Origin: an uncultured virus (IMG/VR IMGVR_UViG_3300047673_000294)
Lineage: Duplodnaviria > Heunggongvirae > Uroviricota > Caudoviricetes
IMG/VR virus record: IMGVR_UViG_3300047673_000294
Reading direction: 5' to 3' (one strand)
Length of the DNA stretch: 64,000 nucleotides
A program made the translations under genes and the position numbers. Within the stretch, counting starts at the first letter, position 1. Every line of letters begins with the position of its first letter. A model generated the notes under the pieces. The model did not search any database. It saw only the letters and a program-made list of their open reading frames with translations, and was not told where the DNA came from. Of this stretch, positions 1 through 8,431 are shown piece after piece.

Positions 1-175
1 GGTCCTTGTCGGCAGAGGATGGAGTGGCGCGGACCCCGTGACAGCGGCACCCGCACTTGATCGTCATGATCGGCGCCTCCCAGGCAGGGGCGCCCTGGCG
101 TCGGATGACAGCCGGTCCGCCGCACATGGCGTGCTCGTCGAGGCTGCACTCCGGGGTCGTCTCGACGGCCTTCAT
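1..175 (-). CDS. small Cys/His-rich protein (3' end outside window)
   Basis: MKAVETTPECSLDEHAMC...KCGCRCH; near-identical to 55087-55272. Confidence 0.65.
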   Translation of the reverse strand, partial: MKAVETTPECSLDEHAMCGGPAVIRRQGAPAWEAPIMTIKCGCRCHGVRATPSSADKD

Positions 176-372
176 GGCCGGTCGGCGAGCGGGATGAGGC
201 CGCGCTGTTCACGGCATGGGGCGCACGCCCATACCGGTATCGGGGGCGCGCTCTGACGCTCGATCGCATCGACGACAACCGCCGTCGAGGACGGGCCCTC
301 GTGATAATCGCACCGGCCCTCGGGCTCCACCGGGTCTGTGCGCAGCCCCTGGGTATCCGTAAGCTCTTCCAC
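172..372 (-). CDS. small Cys/His-rich protein
   Basis: GTG start after GGAG; CDYHEGPS...ACAPCREQRGL; homolog at 55269-55466. Confidence 0.7.
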   Translation of the reverse strand: MEELTDTQGLRTDPVEPEGRCDYHEGPSSTAVVVDAIERQSAPPIPVWACAPCREQRGLIPLADRP

Positions 373-430
373 GTCGACTCCAACCAGTCGGCCAACCCCC
401 GGGACCGTTGACGCGGTCGCCGGGGTTTTT
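373..430. ncRNA. conserved two-hairpin element divergent from gntR (gntR-DTE-like motif)
   Basis: GTCGACTCCAACCAGTCGGCC plus CCCCGG-stem hairpin, conserved with stem changes at 55467-55520. Confidence 0.5.
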
Positions 431-546
431 GTCGTGACAGAACCGACCGTACCGCCAACCGCGTCCCCCTGCACCCCTCTGCGTCCCACCGCTGTGGGAC
501 GCGTTCCCAAGATGTAGGCCGCATGGGGTCGCGCGAACGTGAAGGG

Positions 547-771
547 ATGAGCGATCTCCCGCAGTACGAGTACGTGAAACTCGCGGACCGCATCGAGGCA
601 GAGATCCGATCAGGGAAGCTGCCGGTCGGGGCCGCGCTGCCTGGTGAGCGGGCGATGACGGACATCTACCAGGTGTCGATCGGGACGGTGCGGCGTGCGG
701 TGCGGGAACTGCGCGAGCGCGGCTTGGTGGCGACGTTGCCGGCGAAGGGGACGTTCGTCGTAGGCCCGTAG
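547..771 (+). CDS. GntR-family winged-helix regulator (HTH only)
   Basis: LADRIEAEIRSG.LP.G..LPGER...VSIGTVRRAVREL...G.V...KGTFV. Confidence 0.9.
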   Translation: MSDLPQYEYVKLADRIEAEIRSGKLPVGAALPGERAMTDIYQVSIGTVRRAVRELRERGLVATLPAKGTFVVGP

Positions 772-780
772 AATCGGATC

Positions 781-960
781 ATGTCCCCCACCCCCTCGGC
801 CTCTGGCCAGCCGCGCCCTGCCGCGGCCGTGAACGCGGACATTCGCGCGCTGTGGCGGGACCCGCGGGTCAGACTCACCGCGGAGGGCAGCGCCCGCTAC
901 GAGCGGCTGATCACCGAGTGGGCTGCGGCGGTACGGGGCGAGGTCGTCGCGGCCGCATAG
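781..960 (+). CDS. small hypothetical protein (59 aa), probably leaderless
   Basis: ORF MSPTPSASGQPRPAAAVNADIRALW...EVVAAA; TAGAAT -10 box at 769-774, 6 nt before ATG. Confidence 0.6.
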   Translation: MSPTPSASGQPRPAAAVNADIRALWRDPRVRLTAEGSARYERLITEWAAAVRGEVVAAA

Positions 961-964
961 GCCC

Positions 965-1162
965 CTACTTCTCGTTCGGCCACGTGTCGAGGAGCTGGCC
1001 GGTCTCCGTGTCCGTCAGCGTGATCCGAGCGCCAGGTCTGCCGCGCTCTCCGACCCAGCCGCGGAACTGACGCCGCGCGGTACCCGGGTCATCCCACCAG
1101 CCGTACATGGCCGGGACGTCGTCGAGGGCGAGGAGCAGGTGGTAGCGGGCGGGAGTGTCCAT
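965..1162 (-). CDS. small hypothetical protein
   Basis: RYHLLL...MYGWW..PGTARRQFRGWVGE.G.PGARITL pattern typical of Streptomyces mobile elements. Confidence 0.65.
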   Translation of the reverse strand: MDTPARYHLLLALDDVPAMYGWWDDPGTARRQFRGWVGERGRPGARITLTDTETGQLLDTWPNEK

Positions 1163-1219
1163 GCCCGCCATCCTCACCCTTCTCCCGGCCAGGTCGCACC
1201 GCGGCCCGATGTCCGCCTG

Positions 1220-1257
1220 CAGACAGGACTACAGGTCACCTGTAGTGTCGTCTACAG
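1220..1257 (+). promoter_or_regulatory. promoter with palindromic operator for the GNAT-HTH pair
   Basis: CAGACA-17nt-TAGTGT; inverted repeat ACTACAGGT-C-ACCTGTAGT at 1228-1246 and CTGTAG-N6-CTACAG at 1240-1257. Confidence 0.6.
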
Positions 1258-1290
1258 ATGGAGCGAGGGGCGCTCCCGGAGGGGACCGAC

Positions 1291-1620
1291 ATGCTGACGA
1301 TCACCACCCGCACCGGCGACTACTACGGCGACGGCAGCAGCAACCTCATCTGGGAAACCCACGACCTCGACGGCACCCTCATCGCCGAGCTGTACGTCTC
1401 CACCGACCGCCACGAAATCATGAACATCTGGGTCGACGAAGACCACCGCGGCGAAGGCCACGCCCGCCGCCTCTACGAGACCGCCACCGCCACCACCGAG
1501 GTCTTCCACGCCCCCGCCGCCCACCGCACCCCCGAAGGCAACGCCTTCGCCGAAGCCGTCGGCGGCGACACCATCACCTACCCCTGCGACTGCCACGCCT
1601 GCGACACCCTGGAGGACTGA
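1291..1620 (+). CDS. GNAT-family acetyltransferase
   Basis: acetyl-CoA motif A IWVDEDHRGEGHARRL; GGAGGGG RBS. Confidence 0.7.
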   Translation: MLTITTRTGDYYGDGSSNLIWETHDLDGTLIAELYVSTDRHEIMNIWVDEDHRGEGHARRLYETATATTEVFHAPAAHRTPEGNAFAEAVGGDTITYPCDCHACDTLED

Positions 1621-1623
1621 CCA

Positions 1624-1986
1624 GTGCAGCAATACGAACTCGAAGCCTGGCTCGGCGATGACCACGGCCTGGACGAGGACCAGCTCGCCGAACTCCTCGA
1701 CGAGGCCAACGAGATCGAGGAACGCTACCCGGACGACGATGACCAGGCCGAGCGGGACGCCGCGCTCTCCGCCGCCTACCGCCTGAAGACCGAGCCGGTC
1801 GAGGACGTCCTCGCCGACTACGGCAAGCAGCGCTCCGACGCCCGCGCCGCCGCATCCGCCGCATCCGCCGCCCTCCAGCAGGCCGCCCGGACCGTCGTCG
1901 GCGACGGCCGGCTCAGCGAGGCCAGATTCTCCGGCATCGCCACCGTCGATCGGATGTCCGTCCGCAAGTGGCTCGGCAAGCGGTAG
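1624..1986 (+). CDS. acidic protein with C-terminal HTH (putative repressor/antitoxin)
   Basis: LSEARFSGIATVDRMSVRKWLGK HTH-like C-terminus. Confidence 0.65.
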   Translation: MQQYELEAWLGDDHGLDEDQLAELLDEANEIEERYPDDDDQAERDAALSAAYRLKTEPVEDVLADYGKQRSDARAAASAASAALQQAARTVVGDGRLSEARFSGIATVDRMSVRKWLGKR

Positions 1987-1998
1987 CCCAGGCACGCC

Positions 1999-2031
1999 GC
2001 GGCCCCGCCCTCCCAAGGAGAGCGGGGCCGC
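1999..2031. terminator. GC hairpin between convergent genes
   Basis: GCGGCCCCGC...GCGGGGCCGC; near-identical hairpin at about 55894-55927. Confidence 0.65.
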
Positions 2032-2037
2032 AGCCGT

Positions 2038-2307
2038 TCAGCGGGCGAAGAGAGCGACCGCACCCGTCGCAGCACCAGCAACCCCAGCAAGAACACCGAT
2101 CGTCGGCAGCGGCCACCGAGCCTTCTCCAACGTCCGGATGCGGGTCTCGTGGTCAGCGACGTCTTTGTCGAGGTCGTGGAGGCCCTGCCCGATGCTGTCC
2201 AGTTTGGTCTCTACCCGGGTCAGGCCATCGCTCAGGGATCTCAGCTCCTGGTACATCTGGGCGCTGCTGATGTAGACGCCCGCCGGGTCCGTGGCGGGGG
2301 CGCCCAT
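2038..2307 (-). CDS. lysis-cassette coiled-coil protein with C-terminal TM helix
   Basis: coiled coil then hydrophobic tail; near-identical to 55930-56199. Confidence 0.75.
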   Translation of the reverse strand: MGAPATDPAGVYISSAQMYQELRSLSDGLTRVETKLDSIGQGLHDLDKDVADHETRIRTLEKARWPLPTIGVLAGVAGAATGAVALFAR

Positions 2308-2576
2308 CACACGCCCTTGGCCAGTGACGCGCTGTTCGCCGCACCCCGCCAGCGGGCCACGAGCCCCTTGACCAGGGCCACGACCGCGGCGACACCGCCC
2401 GTGCCAGCGGCCTCCCAGAACGAGGCGTGGAACATCTCCGTCGGGCCGGAGGAGGCGACTATGACGGCGGTGGTGCCGCCGAGGAACGTCCAGACGATGC
2501 GCTCCGCGAGGTCGCGCGCGTAGGTGGCCGCGGTCTTCACTACGGTGTCCGCGTTGGGGAGGTTGAGGTCAGACAT
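2307..2576 (-). CDS. holin
   Basis: two TM helices, DLAERIVWTF motif, adjacent to endolysin. Confidence 0.75.
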   Translation of the reverse strand: MSDLNLPNADTVVKTAATYARDLAERIVWTFLGGTTAVIVASSGPTEMFHASFWEAAGTGGVAAVVALVKGLVARWRGAANSASLAKGV

Positions 2577-2578
2577 GA

Positions 2579-3439
2579 TCAGGACTCCTGTCCGGTGACG
2601 TCGACGTGCACGTGCACCACCGCAGCCGCGATGGCCTTCTCGACAGCAGCGACGACCGTCGCCGTGTCGACGTTCTTCCCGAGCTGCCCAGCCAGCGCCG
2701 CGATCGCGGCAGACTGCGCGGACTCCGTCGCCTGGATCGCCCGCACGCGGGTTCCGATGTCCTTCAGCCAGGACTGCGGCTGCCAGGTCGGGTTCGTCGC
2801 CGCGTCCGGAGCATCCGACGGTCCCGCGATCTGGTCGGTCTTCCAGACGGCGTCGTAGATGTCCTGCTTGGTGATCCCCGCCATGGGGTCCTCCTCCGGA
2901 GGGTTGGTCTGGCCGGTCGCGCGGGCGACGATGCCCGGGAACACGACCGTCTTGAACTGCGTCACCCGCGCGTCACCAGGGCAGGCGTGCCCGTCCGGGT
3001 TCCACGCGGAGTGCAGGCGGTGGTAGCCGAACCCCGGGTCGTCCGCGGTGCGGCAGATCCGCAGCGGGATCCCGTGCTTCTCGTGCAGCCACACCCCGAG
3101 CCGGATCAGTGACTCCACCTGCGCGGCAGTCCATGGGTCGGAGGCCTCGAGGTTCGACGCGGACTCGAGCGACACCGCGCCGCTGCCGTCGGCACGTCGG
3201 TTCGCCGCGGCATTCGCGTCCGCTCGAGTCTCGGTCCCGATGAACTGCCCCAGCGAACCGTCGTACCCAAGACCGAAATGACTCTCGAGGTTGGTGCTGT
3301 CCCGCCAGTACTCGTAAGTACGCTGTGGCGTCCACGGGGCGACGATGCTGTGCACGATGAACTGCGTCGGCTTGATGGCTGGCTGGCTGTCGCTCTCCGG
3401 CTGGAGCTCCATCTTCGTGGCACCCGGGTACCAGGCCAT
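2579..3439 (-). CDS. endolysin, N-acetylmuramoyl-L-alanine amidase (Amidase_2-like)
   Basis: FIVHS, SHFG, GYHR, HACPG zinc-amidase motifs; start MAWYPGA. Confidence 0.85.
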   Translation of the reverse strand: MAWYPGATKMELQPESDSQPAIKPTQFIVHSIVAPWTPQRTYEYWRDSTNLESHFGLGYDGSLGQFIGTETRADANAAANRRADGSGAVSLESASNLEASDPWTAAQVESLIRLGVWLHEKHGIPLRICRTADDPGFGYHRLHSAWNPDGHACPGDARVTQFKTVVFPGIVARATGQTNPPEEDPMAGITKQDIYDAVWKTDQIAGPSDAPDAATNPTWQPQSWLKDIGTRVRAIQATESAQSAAIAALAGQLGKNVDTATVVAAVEKAIAAAVVHVHVDVTGQES

Positions 3440-3441
3440 GG

Positions 3442-4245
3442 TCAGAGTCCTTTCGCTGTGAGCCAGGAGCGGACGGCGAGCGCCATTGCCATATCGGGAT
3501 CCGCGGGCACTGGGGTAGGCGTCGGCTGCGGCGCCGACACCAGCGCGGGCACCGTGACATCGCCCTGCTGTGACAGCAGCCACTGCATGTCCGCCTCAGC
3601 CACCCAGCACGACCCGCGGTCACCCCACGACGCGCCCCACGAGTTGTCGAGGCGGAAGCGCGAGCCGTCCCAGCCAGAGCAAACGATCTCGTGCCCACCC
3701 GCGAGCCCGGATGCCCGGTCGACGGGGAGCAGGGCGCCGGCCCCGGTGTCGAACATGCTGTTGAGCCAGATGATGCCGAGCATCGCCGGGCCCGTCTGCA
3801 ACGCCGACTTGAGCGCGGTCAGGGAGAACGCGTGCGTGTACCCGGCCGCGAGCCCCAACGACTTGAGGGCCTTCGCCACCCCCAGCCCGGACGATCCGGT
3901 GTCGTCCGGCGGGTACGAGCCGGGCACGTTGTCCAGCGTCGTGGCCACCTTGTACAGGTCCACGGCTAGCGACTCATCCACCGGCCGACGCGCTGCCTTC
4001 ACCGTTACCGACGTCACGCCCGGACCGACGGCAGAGTCCGTCGCCAGGATTCCGGCCGCGGCGTTACCGGTGCAGCTGCCGAGCTGCCCCTGGTCGAAGA
4101 CGGGCACGCGGCGCTGCCACTGCACCGGCTTGACCGCCGACTTCGGCAGCACGCCGTGCGCGAACCGCAGTGACCGCGGATCGTGCTCGACATGCCTACC
4201 TAGCCGGAACTGCCCACCCCGTTCGGGGAGATGCTCCACTCTCAC
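3442..4245 (-). CDS. papain-like (C1) cysteine peptidase
   Basis: DQGQLGSCTG (oxyanion Q, catalytic C), GGHEI (H), DNSWGASWG (N). Confidence 0.85.
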   Translation of the reverse strand: MRVEHLPERGGQFRLGRHVEHDPRSLRFAHGVLPKSAVKPVQWQRRVPVFDQGQLGSCTGNAAAGILATDSAVGPGVTSVTVKAARRPVDESLAVDLYKVATTLDNVPGSYPPDDTGSSGLGVAKALKSLGLAAGYTHAFSLTALKSALQTGPAMLGIIWLNSMFDTGAGALLPVDRASGLAGGHEIVCSGWDGSRFRLDNSWGASWGDRGSCWVAEADMQWLLSQQGDVTVPALVSAPQPTPTPVPADPDMAMALAVRSWLTAKGL

Positions 4246-4261
4246 AGCCCCTCCTCGGGGG

Positions 4262-4459
4262 TCAGACGACAGTTATGACCTGCTCGTATTTCTGTGCGAC
4301 CACGAACTCCACCCCGTCCGCACTGGAAAGGAAGGCCCGGACCGCGCCCACCACATCGAGTTCCTCGACGACGTGCTGCTCCTGGTTGACCGCGGAGATC
4401 TGTACCGACACGAGCGGTTCACCCGAGCTGCTCTTGCCGGTGATCACATAGGTAGCCAT
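4262..4459 (-). CDS. small hypothetical protein
   Basis: 65 aa ORF with GAGGAG RBS in the late operon. Confidence 0.65.
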   Translation of the reverse strand: MATYVITGKSSSGEPLVSVQISAVNQEQHVVEELDVVGAVRAFLSSADGVEFVVAQKYEQVITVV

Positions 4460-4468
4460 GGGGTCTCC

Positions 4469-5029
4469 TCATGCCACGCGCAGCAGTGACAGCCACGAGT
4501 CCGTGTAGAGCGTCAGAGCCGTGGCATTCGATGTGAACTGGGACCAATCCAGGCTGAACGTCCCGGGGGACGTGCTGGTGCGGAGCGTCCCGTACAGCCA
4601 GGCCGTCAGCGGAGTGCCACCCGTGCCGAGGGTGCCGTAGCTCCTCGCACTCGTGACGTCGTTGGTTTCGAACCTCGCCAGATAGCCGCGCGCGTCCTGG
4701 GTGTCGGTCAGAAGGGCAGGCGCCGCGCTCGCCCCGATGACCGGGGAGTTACCGACACCGATGGCCGCCCACTCACCCAGCGCACCGGACGGAGCACTGA
4801 AGTCGAGCGCGAGGTCGCCGGCCGCCGGACCGTCGTATTTGACCCAGCCGTGCCACCGGTACGCGGCGTTCGCGACCACCTCGAACTGCAGATGCGGGTC
4901 AGCGCTTGTGACCGTCACCGCCGACCGCGAGGTGTCCGACGTTTTGCGGGCGACCTGCTCCTGTCCGGAGCGCAGCAGGGTCGCGGTGATGCGCTGCCCA
5001 GCCAGGAAAGTCGGGTAGGCCTCAGCCAT
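4469..5029 (-). CDS. minor tail / tail fibre-associated protein
   Basis: FLAGQRITATLL N-terminus, beta-rich, tail module position. Confidence 0.65.
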   Translation of the reverse strand: MAEAYPTFLAGQRITATLLRSGQEQVARKTSDTSRSAVTVTSADPHLQFEVVANAAYRWHGWVKYDGPAAGDLALDFSAPSGALGEWAAIGVGNSPVIGASAAPALLTDTQDARGYLARFETNDVTSARSYGTLGTGGTPLTAWLYGTLRTSTSPGTFSLDWSQFTSNATALTLYTDSWLSLLRVA

Positions 5030-5040
5030 GAGTCAGCTCC

Positions 5041-7902
5041 TTACAGGGCGAAGTAGGTGGGAGTGGCGAGCCGAATGTCTGTGCCCACGGTCTGGGCTTT
5101 CACGACCCCGTTGATCGAGCGGGTGACGGTGAACTGCTGCGGGTTGACCACGGCCAGATCGTCGTAGGACACAACGGGGCTGACGTTCGTGTTGCCGACT
5201 TCGAGGATCGACCGGGTCCCGATGCTGGTCGCCGAGGACAGGGCACTGTCCGTCACCGTGACCTGCCACTCCGGGGTCTCCACCAAATCCGCGACCGGCC
5301 ACGCTTTCGCCCGCAGCCGCGCCCCCTGCGCCTGGAACCGGACCCGAAAGAACGAGCCGGGCGTGTACGTGTACGTCAGTGCCGTTGATGCGAGGACCGA
5401 CTCCACGCTCGCGATACGGCGGACGATCGCCACCGTCACCACGTTCGCCGTCGAGAACGCCAACCTGGCCATGAAAAGGTTGTCGATGTCGACGTACCGG
5501 CAGGTCAGCCCCGCATAGATCGGTGCGCCCGTCGCCGCCGCGCTCGCCGTCACGCTCGCGTACAGATCGCAGTCCGCATACCCGAGACTGACGAAACAGC
5601 GGCGGCTGGTGTCAACGCTCGTCAAGGTGTGCGTACCAACACCGGCCGCTACTGCGTAGTCGGACGAGGCTCCGCCCGAGGTGGTCCACGCCTGCCCCGT
5701 GTCCGCGCTGCCCCAACTGCTTGACGAGGTACGACCGAACGCGTCGATGACCTTCGAGGAGACCGCGGTCACCCGCATTACCTCACCACCCACCCGCACA
5801 TCCCACGGCACCTCCGCCGTGTCGGTCGTCCACAGCATCGACGGATCACGGACCGGAGCCACATCCAGCGACGTGTCCCCGGTACCGATCGCGGTGAGCA
5901 GCACCGAGTCGTCCGTATCGACCCGCGCCGTCGACGAGTCGAGGTAGCCGATCTGGTTGTACGGGGCTGCCGGCGCGCACGTGAAGGTGAGCCGGTGCTC
6001 GAAGTGTGTGATGGTCTCGGACATGCCGAGGACGAGTTGGTCGATGGTGTCCGGGGGCAGCCAGGATGGCGGGTTGGTGACCTGGACGCGGTCGCCGAGG
6101 CGGAGGGCGAGGATCGCGCGCCGCATGTCCGGGGTGATCGACGGGTGCGCGAGGTTCACGCTGATCTGCGGGAACCTTGCCTCGTCGACGGTGCCCAGCC
6201 TGACTCGCCATGCGGCCTGGTCCTGCAGCGTGGTCGTCGAGTTGGTGGACAGGTTGAGGGTGACGTCGCTCCCGTACACGCCCATCCCCGCCGGAGGCAG
6301 CGCCGTCGACAGGGGCCCCGTCGTCGCCTCATACGATCCGGTCACCCCGTTCACGGTGACGGTGACGCGGTTCTGTACGTACCGGTCGTCCTCCACCGGC
6401 ACCGGCACGGCCGCGAGGTTGAAGCTGGGGTAGTCGAGGACCAGTGCCGGGTCCTGCCCGTGCAGGGACGCCCGCGTCCGATACCCGAGGCCGAGGACGG
6501 CTCGGTTCTCGTACAGCAGCCCGCCATCCGCCAGCGTCGCCTCCTGTACCAGGGCGAGGACGTTCTGCCGGCCCTGCGCCCCCAGCGCTACCGTGTCGTC
6601 CAGATCCCCGACCCAGTCGACGGGGATGGCCTCCTCGCCGCACAGCCGTTGAATACGGCGGCCTGCGGTCTCGCCCGCCGGGTTCAGACGGACGCCGAGC
6701 GCGTCGATCGGGGTGATTGCGTTCTCCACCGTGACGTGGCCGATCGCCACCCCCGGCAGGTACTGGGTGCCGATCGGGCCCACCACGGACCGAGATGCCG
6801 GGCCGAACTGAACCCTGGTCACCCGGGTCAGCGTTGGTAGCGTCGCACTATCGGTGACGCTGTACGTCTGCGCGGTCATGACGTCCTTCAGGCGTAGAGC
6901 CCGCGTCGTGCCCGTGCCCGTTTCCGGCAGTTCGACGGACACGTACAGCAGGCGCCCCCGGACATCGAGGGTGTGGGGAAGGAGCACGCCAAGGAAACTC
7001 CCGTCGGAGGCATGGGTTCGCAGCACCAGCGAGTTGTTGGCGTCGGTCGTCGAGTAGTACACCTCCCAGAACTGGGGTGCTCCCGCCGAGTAGTCGACCT
7101 GGTCGATCGAGCAGATGACTTTGCCGTCCGACAGTCCGGCCGCCGGGATGAAGCACAGGAAGCGGACCTGTGTGGCCGATGGGTCGTCGTACCGGGCGAC
7201 GCCCCCGGACACGTACCCCGAGGTCAGTACGGGCAGCGGGTCGGACGCCAGGAACCCGGAGTAGGAGGCGAGGGTGGGTGACCCGGTGAACGTCATCGGG
7301 GATCCGTTGACCAGCGCGGACGCCAGACTCGCCGACCCGTCGGCGTCCTCGCACGGCCAGTACGCCACCACAGACGACGCGACGGGGTCCGTGATCGCGG
7401 TGTAGATCACCGACCGGTCCGGGGCCGGAGCCTGCGCCAGACGCTGCAAAATCCCCGTCACGGTGACGTCAGTCCATACGTCCGTGCCGGTCGAGTCCCA
7501 GCCCGGAGCCCACTCCGACACCTCACCCCACAACCGGTAGCTCTTGCCGCCACTCCCGTCCGGGACCGAGATCCGCAGCGGCGTATTGCGGCCGATCAGC
7601 CCGTAGTAGGCGCCCAGCGGATTCCGGGGCGAGAACCGGCCGTCCGTGTTCCGCAGCTGCAGCCCGGCCTGCGCCCGCTCCGTCTGAGACCCCTCACCAC
7701 CAGTGATCCCGTAGGAGATCGCGATCTGGCCCGAGTCGTCACGGACCATGCAGTACGAGGTGATGTCGACCCACACGCCTGCGATGAGCAGCTCGATCTG
7801 GACGGGCTGCCCGTTCGACACCTCCCCGGTCCCAGCCAACGGGCCAGGCAGGTTGGCGAGACGACGACGCCACGCCGAGACGAATGGGGCGATCGACGGC
7901 AT
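5041..7902 (-). CDS. large minor tail protein (tail tip/baseplate, lectin-like domains)
   Basis: 953 aa; VWVDITSY, LRNTDGRFSPRNP, VAYWPCED motifs typical of actinophage tail-tip proteins. Confidence 0.8.
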   Translation of the reverse strand: MPSIAPFVSAWRRRLANLPGPLAGTGEVSNGQPVQIELLIAGVWVDITSYCMVRDDSGQIAISYGITGGEGSQTERAQAGLQLRNTDGRFSPRNPLGAYYGLIGRNTPLRISVPDGSGGKSYRLWGEVSEWAPGWDSTGTDVWTDVTVTGILQRLAQAPAPDRSVIYTAITDPVASSVVAYWPCEDADGSASLASALVNGSPMTFTGSPTLASYSGFLASDPLPVLTSGYVSGGVARYDDPSATQVRFLCFIPAAGLSDGKVICSIDQVDYSAGAPQFWEVYYSTTDANNSLVLRTHASDGSFLGVLLPHTLDVRGRLLYVSVELPETGTGTTRALRLKDVMTAQTYSVTDSATLPTLTRVTRVQFGPASRSVVGPIGTQYLPGVAIGHVTVENAITPIDALGVRLNPAGETAGRRIQRLCGEEAIPVDWVGDLDDTVALGAQGRQNVLALVQEATLADGGLLYENRAVLGLGYRTRASLHGQDPALVLDYPSFNLAAVPVPVEDDRYVQNRVTVTVNGVTGSYEATTGPLSTALPPAGMGVYGSDVTLNLSTNSTTTLQDQAAWRVRLGTVDEARFPQISVNLAHPSITPDMRRAILALRLGDRVQVTNPPSWLPPDTIDQLVLGMSETITHFEHRLTFTCAPAAPYNQIGYLDSSTARVDTDDSVLLTAIGTGDTSLDVAPVRDPSMLWTTDTAEVPWDVRVGGEVMRVTAVSSKVIDAFGRTSSSSWGSADTGQAWTTSGGASSDYAVAAGVGTHTLTSVDTSRRCFVSLGYADCDLYASVTASAAATGAPIYAGLTCRYVDIDNLFMARLAFSTANVVTVAIVRRIASVESVLASTALTYTYTPGSFFRVRFQAQGARLRAKAWPVADLVETPEWQVTVTDSALSSATSIGTRSILEVGNTNVSPVVSYDDLAVVNPQQFTVTRSINGVVKAQTVGTDIRLATPTYFAL

Positions 7903-7905
7903 CGG

Positions 7906-8415
7906 TCAGCCCACCTCCTGGAACACAATCCAGCAGCGCAGGTCAATCGCCGTCGTCGGAGTCGTCGCCCGCACCCGCAAAAACTTGGACACCGGGATGA
8001 TCGGGCGGGCATCCGGCATCCACTGCCGCACGTACTGCAGACCCGACTCACCCGACACCGACGACAGCGACACCACATCGAACACACGAGACGCAGTCGT
8101 CGTCCCCTCCGCCGACGACGTGTAACCAGTGTTCGCCGTGCCCAGCGTGAGCAGGGTGTTCGCCCCGTTCGGGTCCAAATTCTGCACCCCAGCGTTTACG
8201 TGCGCGGTCACCGTCGCCGCGACGTCCGTCTGCAGCAGCTCGATCACACCGTCCGCACCCGGCGGGTCATCAGACGACCAGCCCCACTCCAGCAACTGAA
8301 TCTGCCGCGTCGACGGCGTGGACAACTGCAGCATCGTCTTGATCGCCGTACCCGTCGTCACCGACTGCTGAGCAGCAGTCGTCGGCGCCGGACCATTCCA
8401 CACGATGTAAGGCAC
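7906..8415 (-). CDS. minor tail protein
   Basis: position downstream of tape measure gene. Confidence 0.6.
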   Translation of the reverse strand: MPYIVWNGPAPTTAAQQSVTTGTAIKTMLQLSTPSTRQIQLLEWGWSSDDPPGADGVIELLQTDVAATVTAHVNAGVQNLDPNGANTLLTLGTANTGYTSSAEGTTTASRVFDVVSLSSVSGESGLQYVRQWMPDARPIIPVSKFLRVRATTPTTAIDLRCWIVFQEVG

Positions 8416-8431
8416 TGTCGTTCCTCTCCTC

